From contig NC_067398.1 in NCBI RefSeq assembly GCF_016432865.1, positions 117,552,001-117,616,000 on the forward strand: a stretch of DNA of 64,000 nucleotides. The letters are read 5' to 3'. Shown piece by piece: positions 9,349 to 31,278 of this stretch. Position 1 is the stretch's first letter. The number at the start of each line of letters is the position of its first letter. Source of the DNA: Antechinus flavipes (Eukaryota). The notes under the pieces were generated by a model. That model saw only the letters and a program-made list of their open reading frames with translations, was not told the origin of the DNA and did no database searches. A program made the translations under genes and the position numbers.

Positions 9349-12300
9349 TCACCAGGGCTGTGAGGGAAGTGGCTGAGAGCTCACGGGGACACCCTCTGCC
9401 CCAGAAAGGGAGCCCACAGCTGTGGGGGTAGCTGCTGCAACTGCTGCTGCTGCTGCCGCCGCCGCTGCTGCCGATGCTGCTGCTGCCATAGGACAGACCT
9501 CACCTGTACCTGCAGCAAGTAGGGAGGGGGAGAGTTGGGGAGGAAAGAGAGACAGAGTTATCAGTGTGGAACCTGTGGCCAAATCTTTGTCCCTCATAAC
9601 CGCTTCCTCTCTCTGCCTGAGAAGCTGTTTCTTCTACCATTCCCTCCCCTGGGACACAGCCGTTGCACATTTCCTGCTCCCTCTCCAGAGGTTTGGGTTT
9701 TCACTTTTTAGCCTGTATTCTTTACCTTGGAGACACTTCAAAAGTTCTCCTCAAAGACCCTCCCTAGCCCAAGTATCCTCCCTAGCCTACATTTCCTAGT
9801 GACCTATCCTGCCCCTCTGGGCCTCCCTAAACTAAGTACCCCTGGGATCCCCTTCCACCCCTCACCTCCCATGCCCCACCAGCCGTGCGCCTCGCCTTGC
9901 CTGGTGGGTGCAGGGGTTCCCCTCAGCAGGTGGGCTGCGGCGGTGGCGGCTGTGGCTGGGGGGCGTCTCCAGGGACAGGGGGTGCGGCCCCCCCGAGGTG
10001 GGTCTGCATGTGGCCAGCCAGCTGGGTAGGGGTCTTGCAGTGCACACTGCAGAGCTTGCACAGGAGCCGGTCGGGCCGGGGGGCCTGGAGCCCGTGGTCC
10101 TTCACCGCATGGACGCGCAGGTATGCCGCCGTGGTGAAGCCTACGGGGTGACCGGGATGGGGACAGGGACAGGGGTCAGCTAAATGGAGACCCCGGAGAC
10201 GGGGATGTTCTCCTAGGTTGGGGACTCGCTTCTCCAATATAAGTCAGGTCAGCTATGCCCAACAACCTGGGGAATGGCTTTCTAGGTAATGGTCTTCTGC
10301 CCTTCTGCCCAGAGGTGGGATTATCTTTTCATTCCCCAAACTCAGAACTTTTGTCTGCTCAGTAGATATTCCTTCCCAGAGATAGCTGTGATCTCTTTCC
10401 CCAGGACCCATAGAACTCTTCCCAACTTGCAAAACCCTCTCCAGAAATGGCAGGATTCCTAGTTACTCAGGGCATTTCTTCTAAGTGAATGTATCCTTCC
10501 CCAGAGACGGCTGTGTCCCCCAACCCCCCAAAACCTAAGGATTTGGTTCCCAATTACAAAGAAACTTACTCCATTTAAAGGAAGCTTGTTCTACTCAAAA
10601 GTAGAGTTGCCTGCATTATCTCAGATGCAGGTCTTCCATCACCCACCTCTCATTACAATTACAGTTACTAAACCAGAGGGTTTAGTATTCTCTGCCTGGT
10701 ATGTCTTTCCACAAATGCTATTTGTTGCATGTTCTTCCCCAAACCCTATTGGGCCTATTATATCCAGTCAACTTGTTCTCAGTGGATTGTTTCCCTTTGC
10801 AGAAGCGGTTGCATCCTTGGTTTCTCAAGACTGAGGGAAACCAGTTCCCAATTTCCCATGAAGTTTGTTCTACTTGGCTACTTCTTTTCCAGAGGCAACT
10901 ACATCCCACCCACCTTTTCTTCACTAAGACTTAGAAGATGGGAGCACCATTTCTCAGCAATAAGCCATGTTTTCTCCCTTATAACATAAACGTAGTTCTG
11001 TAAACTTTAGATCTTTTAATAATCTATTGTGTCTCTCCCTAGATGCAACTGTATTCTTTTTATCAAAGGGGAAACTAACTAATCCTTTGAACTGTATGTT
11101 TCCCTTCTACCTAGTCTTGCTGATCTATATTTTTATTATGGAATTCAACAGTGCAATGGGCCCTTTTGCTATTTTTTCCCATAGTCCCTTTCAGTCCCTT
11201 CATTCCATACCTTTGTTGCAGAGCTCGCAGACGTGGTGAGGTCCCTGGCTGTGCACCTTCATGTGGTCGGAGATGTAGGCTGCGCTCAGCATCTTGCCAC
11301 ATACATGGCATGGCACCTTCTCTTCATGCCGCACCGTATGTGCTCGGAGTCGGTCCTTGGTAGCAAATGCTGCTTCACATGTCTGCAGTGGAGAAGTCAG
11401 AGGAGAAGTTAAGAGGCTGTTGAGATGTTAAGGGATGAATACTGGGGACGGGGCGGATAAAAGTCAAAGCCCCAGAAATGTGGAGTATGGGATCTTAGAA
11501 CCATAGGCAAATAGGAAAGAAGAGATTAGTCCTTTAAGAAGGAATAAGAATTGAATTAAAAGCCAAATAGAAATAAGAATTCTGAGAGAATGAGATCTGA
11601 GAGGCTGTCTGGATAGGTAAAAAGGGGTTTGGTTTAAATAATGAAAAAAGTAGCAGTACATCAAGGTCTCCATACCGCACATTTGAAGGGCCGTTCTGTT
11701 GAGTGCACCTGTCTGACGTGGCTGTTGAGGTGGTCTGGCCTGGGGGAATTTGTTAGGGGAAGGGGTTAGGCCTTTGGCCTCAAAAGTGGGGGTGATCCTA
11801 CTTCCCCTACTCTGTACTATGTTTCTTCCCCTTAGAGTGCATTCTTTTTTTGAAGTCCAGCAACTATTTACCCAGCAAGTCCCTCCCCTCATGCAAAACT
11901 TCTTCCCACTGTAAGGTCATCCCTTTTTGTTTTTCTTGAGGTCTCTTTTAGGTGAGGCCTCTCCCTTTTGTCCTTAACTGCCTTGAAACTACCTTCTCTC
12001 CTCCCCCATATCCTTGGAAGCTACCTTTGCCTGATGGGCATCTCCTCCCTCCCTTTCTCCCCTCCCATGGGTGGCCCATCCCTGTGCACACCGGGAAAAG
12101 CTCTTGCCACAGTGGGAGCAGTTGTAGGGCTTGTGCACAGCGCCGTCATGTGAGCGCACATGGTAGCTCATGCGGTCCTTGCGCTTGAAGCGCTGCTGAC
12201 AGACAGGGCACTGGTACGGCTTCTCATCAGAGTGTGACAGCTTGTGCCGGTTCAGGTGGTAGACATCCCGGAAGGCCTTTCCGCACATCTCACAAGCATG

Positions 12301-13258
12301 GTTCTTCCGGATCCGCTTCCCAGAGGCTGTGGTAGTCACCACGCCGCCTCCACCAACTCCAGCCCCTCCACCCCCAGCTCCCCCTTCACCCCCACCCCCA
12401 CCAGCTCCGCCCAGTGTCGCTGGCACGCTCAGGAGGCTCAGGGGCACCATGGTGGGCATCCTCATAGCACCTGGGCCAGCCCGCCCAGCCTTGGCACCCG
12501 TGTGGATGGCTTCATGCCGTCGAAGATTATAGCCGTTCTTAAACTCCTTGGCACAGAGGGCACAGATGTATGGCCCTTTGCTCTTTGATTTCTTCTCCAA
12601 AGCAGTAGCTACAGGAGCAACAACAGCTGTGGAGGTTGGGGCAGCAGCAGCTGTGGCAGTAGCAGCAGCAATTGTAGCTGGAGGTGCAGCTTCAGGAGCT
12701 GGTGCAGAGGTTGGAGGGGGTGGTGGAGGTGGCGCAGGGGGTTGTTTCAGGGCTGCTGTGTCCACTGTGGAAGCTGTGGCAGTAGCTGGGGGGGCGGCGG
12801 CGGCTGCAGCTGCAGCCGCGGCTGCTGCCGCCACAGCAGCAGCAGATTCCTGGGCTGCAGCGAGGACAGGGAGGAGGTCAACCTGGAGGGGCTCAGCAGA
12901 TGGGGCCTGAGGAGTCGGTGGGGGGGCTGGGGCAGCCTGAGAGGGAAAGAAGGGAGTGGAAAGAACGTGTGGGACATAAGCATCCCGCTCCTCCTCGATT
13001 TCCCAGAACCCACTATCCTGTGTACCCCCTCGTCCCCCAACCTCCACCTGGTACTCGAGTACTCACCTGGAATGGACTCTGGTTGCAGCCCTGGGATGCA
13101 AAGAACCGGGACTGAAGCTCAGCCCCAACCTGCAGGGGATTCTGGGCGTGACCCTGAGGTGGGGGAAAAGAGTTCATTAGATTGCCAACCCCCCTGGAAT
13201 CCAGTCCCAGTACAGGGAATGGGGGGGCCAGGAGGGTGCAGGGGAAAACAGGAAACAT
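9349..13258 (-). CDS. MAZ: Myc-associated zinc finger protein, canonical isoform; join(complement 13067..13258, 12092..12936, 11676..11739, 11211..11382, 9349..9509), 477 aa
   Basis: MFPVFPCTLLAPPFPVLGLDSRG start, polyAla and polyPro tracts, six C2H2 fingers (YICALCAKEF, HACEMCGKAF, YQCPVC, YNCSHC, FKCATC, VPCHVC), C-terminus SSQPLPSQPW*. All junctions GT-AG; 192+845+64+172+161=1434 nt. Confidence 0.97.
9901..10140 (-). CDS. MAZ: MAZ alternative exon 4' (MAZ-2/SAF-2-type); coding 9923..10140, giving a 496-aa isoform with 8 zinc fingers
   Basis: Acceptor ccccgtag|GC; reads (G)FTTAAYLRVHAVKDH...LLCKLCSVHCKTPTQLAGHMQTH...PTC*. It completes the finger begun in exon 4 (VCELCNK) and adds another. 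The 3' boundary (GC donor) is inferred. Confidence 0.9.
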
Positions 13259-13699
13259 GGCCTCCAGCCAGTAGGGTCTTAGGAAGAGAGGGAGAGAGTA
13301 CTTGGGGTAACGACCCCTTAAAACAGGTTCTTGAGCTCCCTGGATTAAAAGTGTCATATAAACAATAAAACTGGAAAAAAGAGAGTAATCCTCATCAAAG
13401 TGCCCGTCCCCTTAATTGGGGGGGAAAGGTCAGATCCCCTTGGGGGGGAGATGGCCCCGTAAATTGCCTCCAAAGTGGCCAAAAGGGCAGTATGCTCCGG
13501 AAGAAGGGATAAGCAAGCCAGCGAAAGCCGGGTGGTGGTGGCCAGAAGCCCGGGGTTGTGGGGTCAGCCCCCCGACCCCCCTCAGTGGCACACCACTCTC
13601 CTCACTGCAAGAGAACAATCGTTTTTGACCTGGGGAGGCCGCCTCCCCTCATTGTTGAGGGAGCGCGCCGGGCAGTGGGGGCTGGGGGACAGTCACATC

Positions 13700-14830
13700 C
13701 ACATCCCCTCCCAGAAGGCGAGAGGACCAACTGCCACCCCACCCGCTCGGAAGGCTGAGGCGGAGAGAGGCAACGCCCCCTAGGCGGGAGGGGGAAAAAG
13801 TCCCCTCAGGTGGGGAGCAGGAGCTGGTGCAGGAGCCGAGGGGGGGGGCGGGGCCGAGGGGCAGGACCCGGGAAGGGAGCGGGAATGGAGGGCGAGACGA
13901 CGCGGGAAGCGGCGCGAGGCGGCGGGCTGGGCGCCCGGTACGCTGCGGCGGTTGGAATCCCCGGGGTGGGTGGGGGGAGGGGGGAGCGCGAGGGAGAAGC
14001 CTCTGCCCCCGCCGCGCGCGCTCCCTCTCTGCGCCTCGGGGAGGGAGGGAGGGAGAGGAGGAGGGGGGCAGCTGCGCGCGCACCGGGCGCGCGGAGGGGG
14101 GGGTGGAACGGAAGGGAGGGAGGGGGGTGTAGGGAGGGAGATGGGGTGGGGGGGAGGAGAAGGCGTGGGGGGGTGGGGGGAGGGGGGTTGTTACCTGGAA
14201 GATGAAGCTGCTCCAGTTGCCTGGATCCATGGCGGAGGGAGGGAGGGAGGCAGCTCGCGCTCACCCCGGGGCGGGAGGAGGAGGTGGGGGGAGGGGGGAC
14301 CAGAGGGAGGAGGAGGGCGGGCGGGAGGCGCGCGGGGCGGGAGGGATGGGAGGAGGATGGGGGGGGGGGGAGCGGAGCACACACTGCGCGCGGGGAGGGC
14401 GGGCGAGCGGGCGGGAGGGGGGCGCGAGGACACACACACGGAGTCGCGGGCAAGCGCGAGCGCGGGCGCGCGAGTCCAGGGGGGAGGGGGAAGAGAGAGG
14501 GACACGGGCAGGAGGGGGGAGGGGAGGCGCCCAGCTGCCCCGGCCTCCGTTAGCGCGAGACCCTCAAGACAGGAGCTGATTGGCCTAGGATGGTGCAGGT
14601 GGTGGGCACGCGGGGGATGGGGCGGCTCCCCCCTCCCTCTACCGAGTCCCCCCCTCCCCTCTCCGCCAGCGGCCGTTATTCCGCGCGCACGCGCATAATG
14701 TCGCTGCCTTGGCTGAACGAGGAGCTGGGGCGCGCGCGCAGCGATGGGAGGGGCGGGGAAAATCCTAGGCACGCGCCTAACGGTCGTCGCCCTCCAGGCC
14801 TCACAAAAGTATTTTGCCGCGTTTCGGCCA
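13700..14830. promoter_or_regulatory. MAZ CpG island/promoter with extreme G-skew and many GGGAGGG and G4-forming tracts
   Basis: Dense CpG; long G-runs on + across about 13960-14540; CCAAT on the minus strand at 14579-14583. Confidence 0.85.
14195..14230 (-). CDS. MAZ: MAZ alternative upstream first coding exon MDPGNWSSFIFQ, splicing to the internal acceptor at 13153
   Basis: ATG...TTC CAG|GTAACA donor, phase 0; acceptor ttcccccacctcag|GGT CAC GCC CAG, phase 0. The peptide resembles the VEZF1 N-terminus (MEANWTAFLFQ, recalled). Confidence 0.85.
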
Positions 14831-14850
14831 CCGTCCCTCCCCCCCGGGAG

Positions 14851-14856
14851 TTTATT
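14851..14856 (-). terminator. Candidate distal KIF22 poly(A) signal AATAAA (weaker AATAGA at 15124-15129)
   Basis: First canonical hexamer I found downstream of the KIF22 stop; both hexamers are preceded by TGTA. Confidence 0.55.
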
Positions 14857-14894
14857 TACAATTGTCGCTTTTCCCCTCCCCCCCTTCTCCCTAA

Positions 14895-14905
14895 AAGATG
14901 GCGGC
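14895..14905 (+). promoter_or_regulatory. YY1 consensus site AAGATGGCGGC (second weaker site 15059-15068)
   Basis: Exact match to the YY1 core consensus. Confidence 0.65.
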
Positions 14906-15204
14906 TGTTGGCCCTCCCTACCTTTCCCTTGGAGAAAAGGAGACGAATGTTAAATTGTGTTGGAAAAAATAGATCAACAATTAACCCCCGCGCTAGTTCG
15001 GCAATGACATTACCCTTCAACATCTCTTCCCCCACCCCCGGTTCCGAGAACAGATGCGCAGATGGCGGACTCCGGGAGACCCCCTCCCCCCAAGAATCAG
15101 GCAGAGGCGACTGGACAAAACACTCTATTTACAAAACCCTCCCTCCCCCTCCCGTAAAACACGGACAGAATGCAGGGGCTGCTCGGGTCCACAGGCGGCG
15201 GCGC

Positions 15205-25928
<10,724 letters not shown>

Positions 25929-25939
25929 CTCCTAGGGTT

Positions 25940-26300
25940 TCTGCTCCGCCGTCCCAGCCGCCGCGACCGCCCCCCCCACCCAACTTCTCTTCCACCGAGG
26001 TGGACCCTCCTGGTGTTCGAATTCCCCGGCGGCTCCGCCTCTTCCGGTCCTTTCGACCAATGATGAGCGTCGTACTGGTTGAGGCACCGGAAGGGGTGGG
26101 GCCATTCCGGCCACCTCCCAGCTGAGACGTATACAGCTTGTCAAATGTTCTGGTATTGGGATAAAGAAGCCCCTTCTGCCCTTCGATTCCCTGGACACTT
26201 TCAGACATCCTCCGGGGGACCCCTGAAGATGCTGGACCGCTGAAGCTGTCCCTGCGGTCCGCTCCTGACGCTTAAATTTCCGGCACCTGGGCCAGTTACG
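25940..26300 (-). promoter_or_regulatory. KIF22 CpG promoter: CHR-like TTCGAA 26016-26021, ETS CCGGAAG 26041-26047, CCAAT boxes 26057-26061 and 26154-26158
   Basis: Motifs read directly; the CCAAT plus CHR arrangement is typical of G2/M (DREAM/MMB) promoters. Confidence 0.65.
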
Positions 26301-27910
26301 GCCCAGACTCTCCTGTGTTCGCTCTCGACAGACATCGCTGTAGCTCTCTCAGCTGTTATCTCCACGTAGATGACTCTCGGATCTGTTTATCCAGTCCCGA
26401 CCTCCAGATGCCTTGTAGACCTCTCAAACTGCGTGTCCCGTGAACATCTCAATTTCAGCAATTCCAAAGCAGAACTTATCTTTTCCTCCCACTCCTGTCC
26501 CTCCCTCTCTTCCAAACGTCCCCATTAACGTCGCAAGCATTAACGTCCATCCTCCCAGTCCTCCAAGCTCGAAACCCACGGGTCCTCCTGGACTTCTTAC
26601 ACCCACCCCGCGCCCCCAGCCAATCACTTGCCAAATCCTGTGATTTCTGCCTTTGTAACTTAACATCTCTGCGCAGCTCCTCCTCTCTTTCGACTTTGCC
26701 ACCCTCATGGAGTATACCCTCAGCTTCTCACGCCTAGACTTTTACAATGTCCTTGCTGTCTGTTCTGCCTGCCTCAAATCTTTCCTTACTTCTCTCCATC
26801 CTCCACGCATCTTTCAAAGTGCAAGTCTGGCTATGTCGTCTCTCCGACCCTCTTCAATCATAACCGGAGACTTCCTATTACCTCCAGTATCAAATATAAA
26901 ATACTCTGGCATTTCAAAGCCCTTCAAAAACTGCCTTTCCCCTACCTTATCAATCTTATTATACCTTACTGTTTTCCCCTTCCTTTCCTTACTCAAAATG
27001 ACGTGGGCCTCTTTTCTGTTCCTCCCACAAGACACTCCATCGCCTGACTCCACGCATTTTTATTGGCTATCTGTTCCCCTAGCCTGGAATTCTCTCCGTA
27101 GTCTCCACCTCCTGGCTTCCTTCAAGTCCCACCTTCTACAAGAAGCCATTCCTCCATCATTCTTATAGCTAGTGTCTGCCCTCTCTTAATTACCTCCAAT
27201 TTATTCCGCCTTTATCTTATCTATATCTAGTTGCAGTGACTGACACATAATAGGCACTTAGTAAATTACAACAACCAATAATAATGATACCGAAGATTTA
27301 TATCTCATTTTAAGGTTCGTAAAGCACTTTATTTGTAAAGTGTAAAGTGCTTTATACAAATATCACCTTTTATCTTCACAACAACCCTGGGAGATAAAGT
27401 GCTATTGTTATCACCCCCATTTTACACATAAGAAAACTGAGTCAGGCAGAGGTTAAATGACTTGTTAGTGAGAGATAAGCTAGTAAGTGATTAAGGCTTG
27501 ATTTGAGTTTAGATATTCCTAACTCTCCACCCAGTCCTCTATTCATTACCCCCTTCTATTTCTGTCTAATCCTGGGTAAAACTGTGATTTTAGATAGTAG
27601 GGCAAACGTGCAAGATAGGTCACAGATGAAGAGACAATCCTGTACTAACTTTTTTCATTATTCTTTTCCTATTTTTTTCTTTTATTAAACTTATTTAGTA
27701 TTTTATTTTCCCTCAGTTACATATAAAAACATTTTTAACATTTTTTTTTAAATTTTGAATTCCAAATTCTCTCCCTTCCTTCCTCTCAAGCGCCCTTCAC
27801 TGAGAAGGCAAGTACTTCTATATAGGTTATACATGTGTAGTCATTTGAAATATTTCCATAATATGTGAAAAAAGTCTCAAGAAAAATAACGTTTAAAAAA
27901 TATGTTTCAA

Positions 27911-28055
27911 GGGGGCAGCTAGATGGTGCAGTGTAGAGCACCAGCCCTGAAGTCAGGAGGATCTGAGTTCAACTCTGATCTCAGACACTTAACACATTCT
28001 AGCTGTGTGACCCTGGGCAAATCACTTAACCCCAATTGCATCAGCCAAAAAAAAA
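27911..28055 (+). mobile_element. WSINE1-type SINE, full length, nested in L1
   Basis: ggggcagctagatggtgcagtg...ctgagttcaa...gtgaccctgggcaaatcacttaaccccaattgc...A-tail; degenerate TSD aaaaaatatgtttcaa/aaaaagtatgcttcaa. Confidence 0.9.
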
Positions 28056-29058
28056 GTATGCTTCAATATGCATTCAGACTCTATCAGTTTTTTCTCTGGA
28101 AATGGATAGTATGTTTCATCATAAGTCCTTCAGAATTGTCTTGCATCATTGTATTGCTGAGAAGAGCTGTCATCTGCAGCTGATCATTTTACAATATTGC
28201 TGTTACTGTTACTTTGTACATTGTATATTTAACTTGCTTCAGCTCATATAAGTCTTTCCAGATTTTTGAGAACATCCTACTCATTTTTTTAATAGCACAA
28301 TAGTATTTCATAATAACAGCACAATTTGTTCAACTATTCCCCAATTGCTGGGCATCCCCTTAATTTTCAATTATTTGATACCAGAAAAGAGTTGCTATAA
28401 ATATTTTTGTAATATAGATCTTTTTCTTTTAAAAATAGTTTTTAATCTCTTTTGGTAGACAGATCTAATATTAGCCAATATAATTATTAGCCAATCAATA
28501 CCTCAGAATTTATTTAATTTGCATTTCTCCAATCAATAGTGAGAGTATTATTTCACATAGATAGCTTTGATGACTTCATCTGAAAATTGTTCATATATTT
28601 TTATTATTTATCAATTTGGGAATGGGGCTCTAATTTTTATAAATGTGACTCAGTTCTCTATATGTTTGAGAAATGAAGTCTTTATCAAAGGAACTTGATT
28701 CAATTTTTTTTCACAGTTCTATTGCTAAGTGTATTTCCCTTCATCTTATTCCTGTTTATTCTATTCCCTCTCTATTCTTATTCTTATTCTCATTCATCCT
28801 GTCTATCTCAAAAGTTTTGCTTCTGACAACTCATCCTCCAAGCTGCTCTCTCTTCTATCACCCCCTTTTATTTCCAATCCCCATTTTTGTCCCCTTCTCT
28901 CTTATTTCTTGTAGAGTAAGATAGATTTTGATACCCAATTGAGTGTGTATGCTATTCTGTCTTTGAGCCAATTCTGATGAGAGTAAGGGTTGATGAATCT
29001 GCTTGACCTTCCCCACTTCCCTTGCATTGTAAAAAGTTTTTCTTGTTCTCTCTCTCTC

Positions 29059-29217
29059 TTTTTTTTTTTTTTTTTTTTTTGCTGAGGCAATTGGGGTTAA
29101 GTGACTTGCCTAGTGTCACACAACTAGGAAGTGTTAAGTGTGTGAGGCCAGATTTAAACTCAGGTCTTCCTGACTTTAGGGCTGGTGCTTCATCCACTGG
29201 GCCACCTAGTTGCTCCC
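29059..29217 (-). mobile_element. WSINE1-type SINE with long poly(A) tail
   Basis: About 22-nt T-run followed by the reverse-complement WSINE1 body. Confidence 0.9.
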
Positions 29218-30149
29218 TTGCCTCTTTTTTATGAGATAATTTACCCCATTCTACTTTTCCCCTTCCCCTTCTCCCCACATATTCCTCTCTTACCCCTTAA
29301 TTTTATTTTTTAAAAATCATCCCTTCATATGCAATTCACATTTGTATTTGTGTTCTCTGTCTACATATACTCTTCCTAACTTCTCTAATAATGACAAACT
29401 TCTTATGAGTTACAAGTATCATCTTACTCTTGTAGCAATGTTAAAAGATTAATCTTTTTAAATCCCAGATAATTTCTCTTTCCTTTTTGCCTTTTATGTT
29501 TCTCTTGAGTCTTGTATTTGAAAGTCAAATTTTCTATTCAGCTCTGGTCTTTTCATCAATAATACTTTAAAGTCCTCTATTTCACCGAATACTTTTTCCC
29601 CTTGAAAGATAATAATCAGTTTTTCTGGGTAAGCTTCTTGATTGTAATCCTAGCTTCTTTCCCCTATGGAATTTCATATTCTAAGGCCTCCAATTCTTTA
29701 AAGTAGAAACTGCTAAATCTTGTATTATGGTATGATATTGTATTGTATATTGTATTGCAGGCAGCCAGAAAGATGGCAGATAATTTACACCATTCCACTT
29801 TTTTCTTTCCCTTTCTCCCAGCATATTCTTCTCTTACCATTTAATTTCATCCTTTTTTTTTTTTTTAAAGATATTATCCCTTTGTATTCAACTCCAGGAG
29901 GGAACTGTTTCCTTTACAAAACTGTATTTCCTTTTGATCTGCGATCGCTTTCAGATTCTCAGCCCCTTCTGGGGAAGGCATATCCTCTCTAGACAAGTTA
30001 TCTTTCCAGGTTGCCAGAACCTTTGATCCAATTAGAAATCCTGGTCAAAAAAGCACCCCATTGAAGTTAATTCCAGTAGGAGATCCGGACTGTCCCAGCC
30101 CCCACCTGGTCTGATCTTATCAGTCCAATGGTTTATCAAATTTATTTAT

Positions 30150-30680
30150 TTATTTATTTTTAAATAACTTTTTATTGACAGAACCCATGCCAAGGTAATT
30201 TTTTACAACATTATCCCTTGCACTCACTTCTGTTCCAATTTTTCCCCTCCTTCTCTCCACCCCCTCCCCCAGATGGCAAGCAAAACTTTTTGTTTTTTTA
30301 TCTCAGATTCCCTTTACACTCTTAAAAATTAAGAACCTGGCAAGGAAATAAGAATTGAGGGGATGCTCATCAATTGTTCATTGGCTAAACAAGTTGTGGG
30401 TATATGATTGTAATAGAATCCTATTGTGCTATAAGAAAGGGTAAATAGGATAGAAAGATTTACATAAGCTGATACAAAGTGAAATTTGCTATGTACAAAG
30501 TAACAGCAATATTGTAAGATGATCACCTGTGTATGACTTAGCTCTTCTCAACAGTGCAATGATTCAAGACAGTTCTGAAGGACTTATGATAAAACATGCT
30601 GTCCATTTCCAGAGAAAGAACTGGTAGTCTGAATGCAGATTGAAGCATACTTTTTCTTTATTTTTTTTTCTCTTTCTTTT
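30150..30680. mobile_element. Short L1 3' end (minus, about 30150-30285) next to an older L1 3' fragment (plus, about 30340-30660)
   Basis: ttattgacagaacccatgcc...acaacattatcccttgcactc...agatggcaagca; the plus fragment is complementary to the 28050-28400 L1 segment. Confidence 0.7.
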
Positions 30681-30827
30681 ATAACATTGCTTAATTAATT
30701 AATATGTTTTGTTCAGAGATTGTTTGTCTTTCGTTCTCGAAGATTACCATGAGGTGATGCCATGATATCTGAGTAAAGCTGGCCTGCAATTGGTTAATTG
30801 GAAGACTTCCTTCCTTCCTTCCTTCTA

Positions 30828-31278
30828 TGTGGAATAGAGAGATAAGGTGAAGAATTTACAGATTAAGCACATATTGATCAAAGACTGTTAGCTAAAGTAG
30901 ATCAAGCCTATAGGCCTCAGTTTTGGCTTCTCCGGAGTCCCGTGATTTTAGATAAGTCCTGGACTACATTCCATTGTCCAAAGAAGGGAGTGCCCGAAGA
31001 AGCTGTATATCACCTTGTCTACTACATTCCATTGACCAACTAGGGGAACAGTAGACTTATGTGATCAATCACAACATATAGAGGGTGGGATTTTGAAGGT
31101 TCTTTGTCTGAAATGTATAAAAGCTCTAAGCATTTTCAAGGCTCTGGCCCTATCCTGCTGTGAAATTTGGCTTATGGCCCAGGATGGGGTCCGCTTCTCG
31201 AGATTCTAATAAATAATTCTGCTTTCTATGAGTGATCTCGGTAGTGGTCAAATTGGGTAGGTCTTTTTGTCCCAAACC
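30828..31278 (+). mobile_element. Probable ERV solo LTR
   Basis: TG start, internal direct repeat ctacattccattg (x2), TATAAAA 31116-31122, AATAAA 31208-31213, about 450 bp. No clean 3' CA end or TSD. Confidence 0.55.

Larger units (their letters stand above)
27640..29930 (-). mobile_element. Degraded marsupial L1 3' region with nested SINEs
   Basis: Reverse-strand L1 3' UTR signature (tatgcttcaatatgcattcagactctatcag...gaattgtcttgcatcattgtattgctgagaagagct) and ORF2 remnants. Confidence 0.7.

Noticed and set aside
13259-13357. TTG-initiated 33-aa extension of MAZ in the ORF track
   Set aside because: Non-AUG start with no homology; the conserved ATG at 13258 has a good context.
25932-26198. 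88-aa ORF ending 3 nt before the KIF22 ATG, considered as a uORF
   Set aside because: It begins upstream of the CCAAT/CHR core promoter, so it is probably not in the mRNA.
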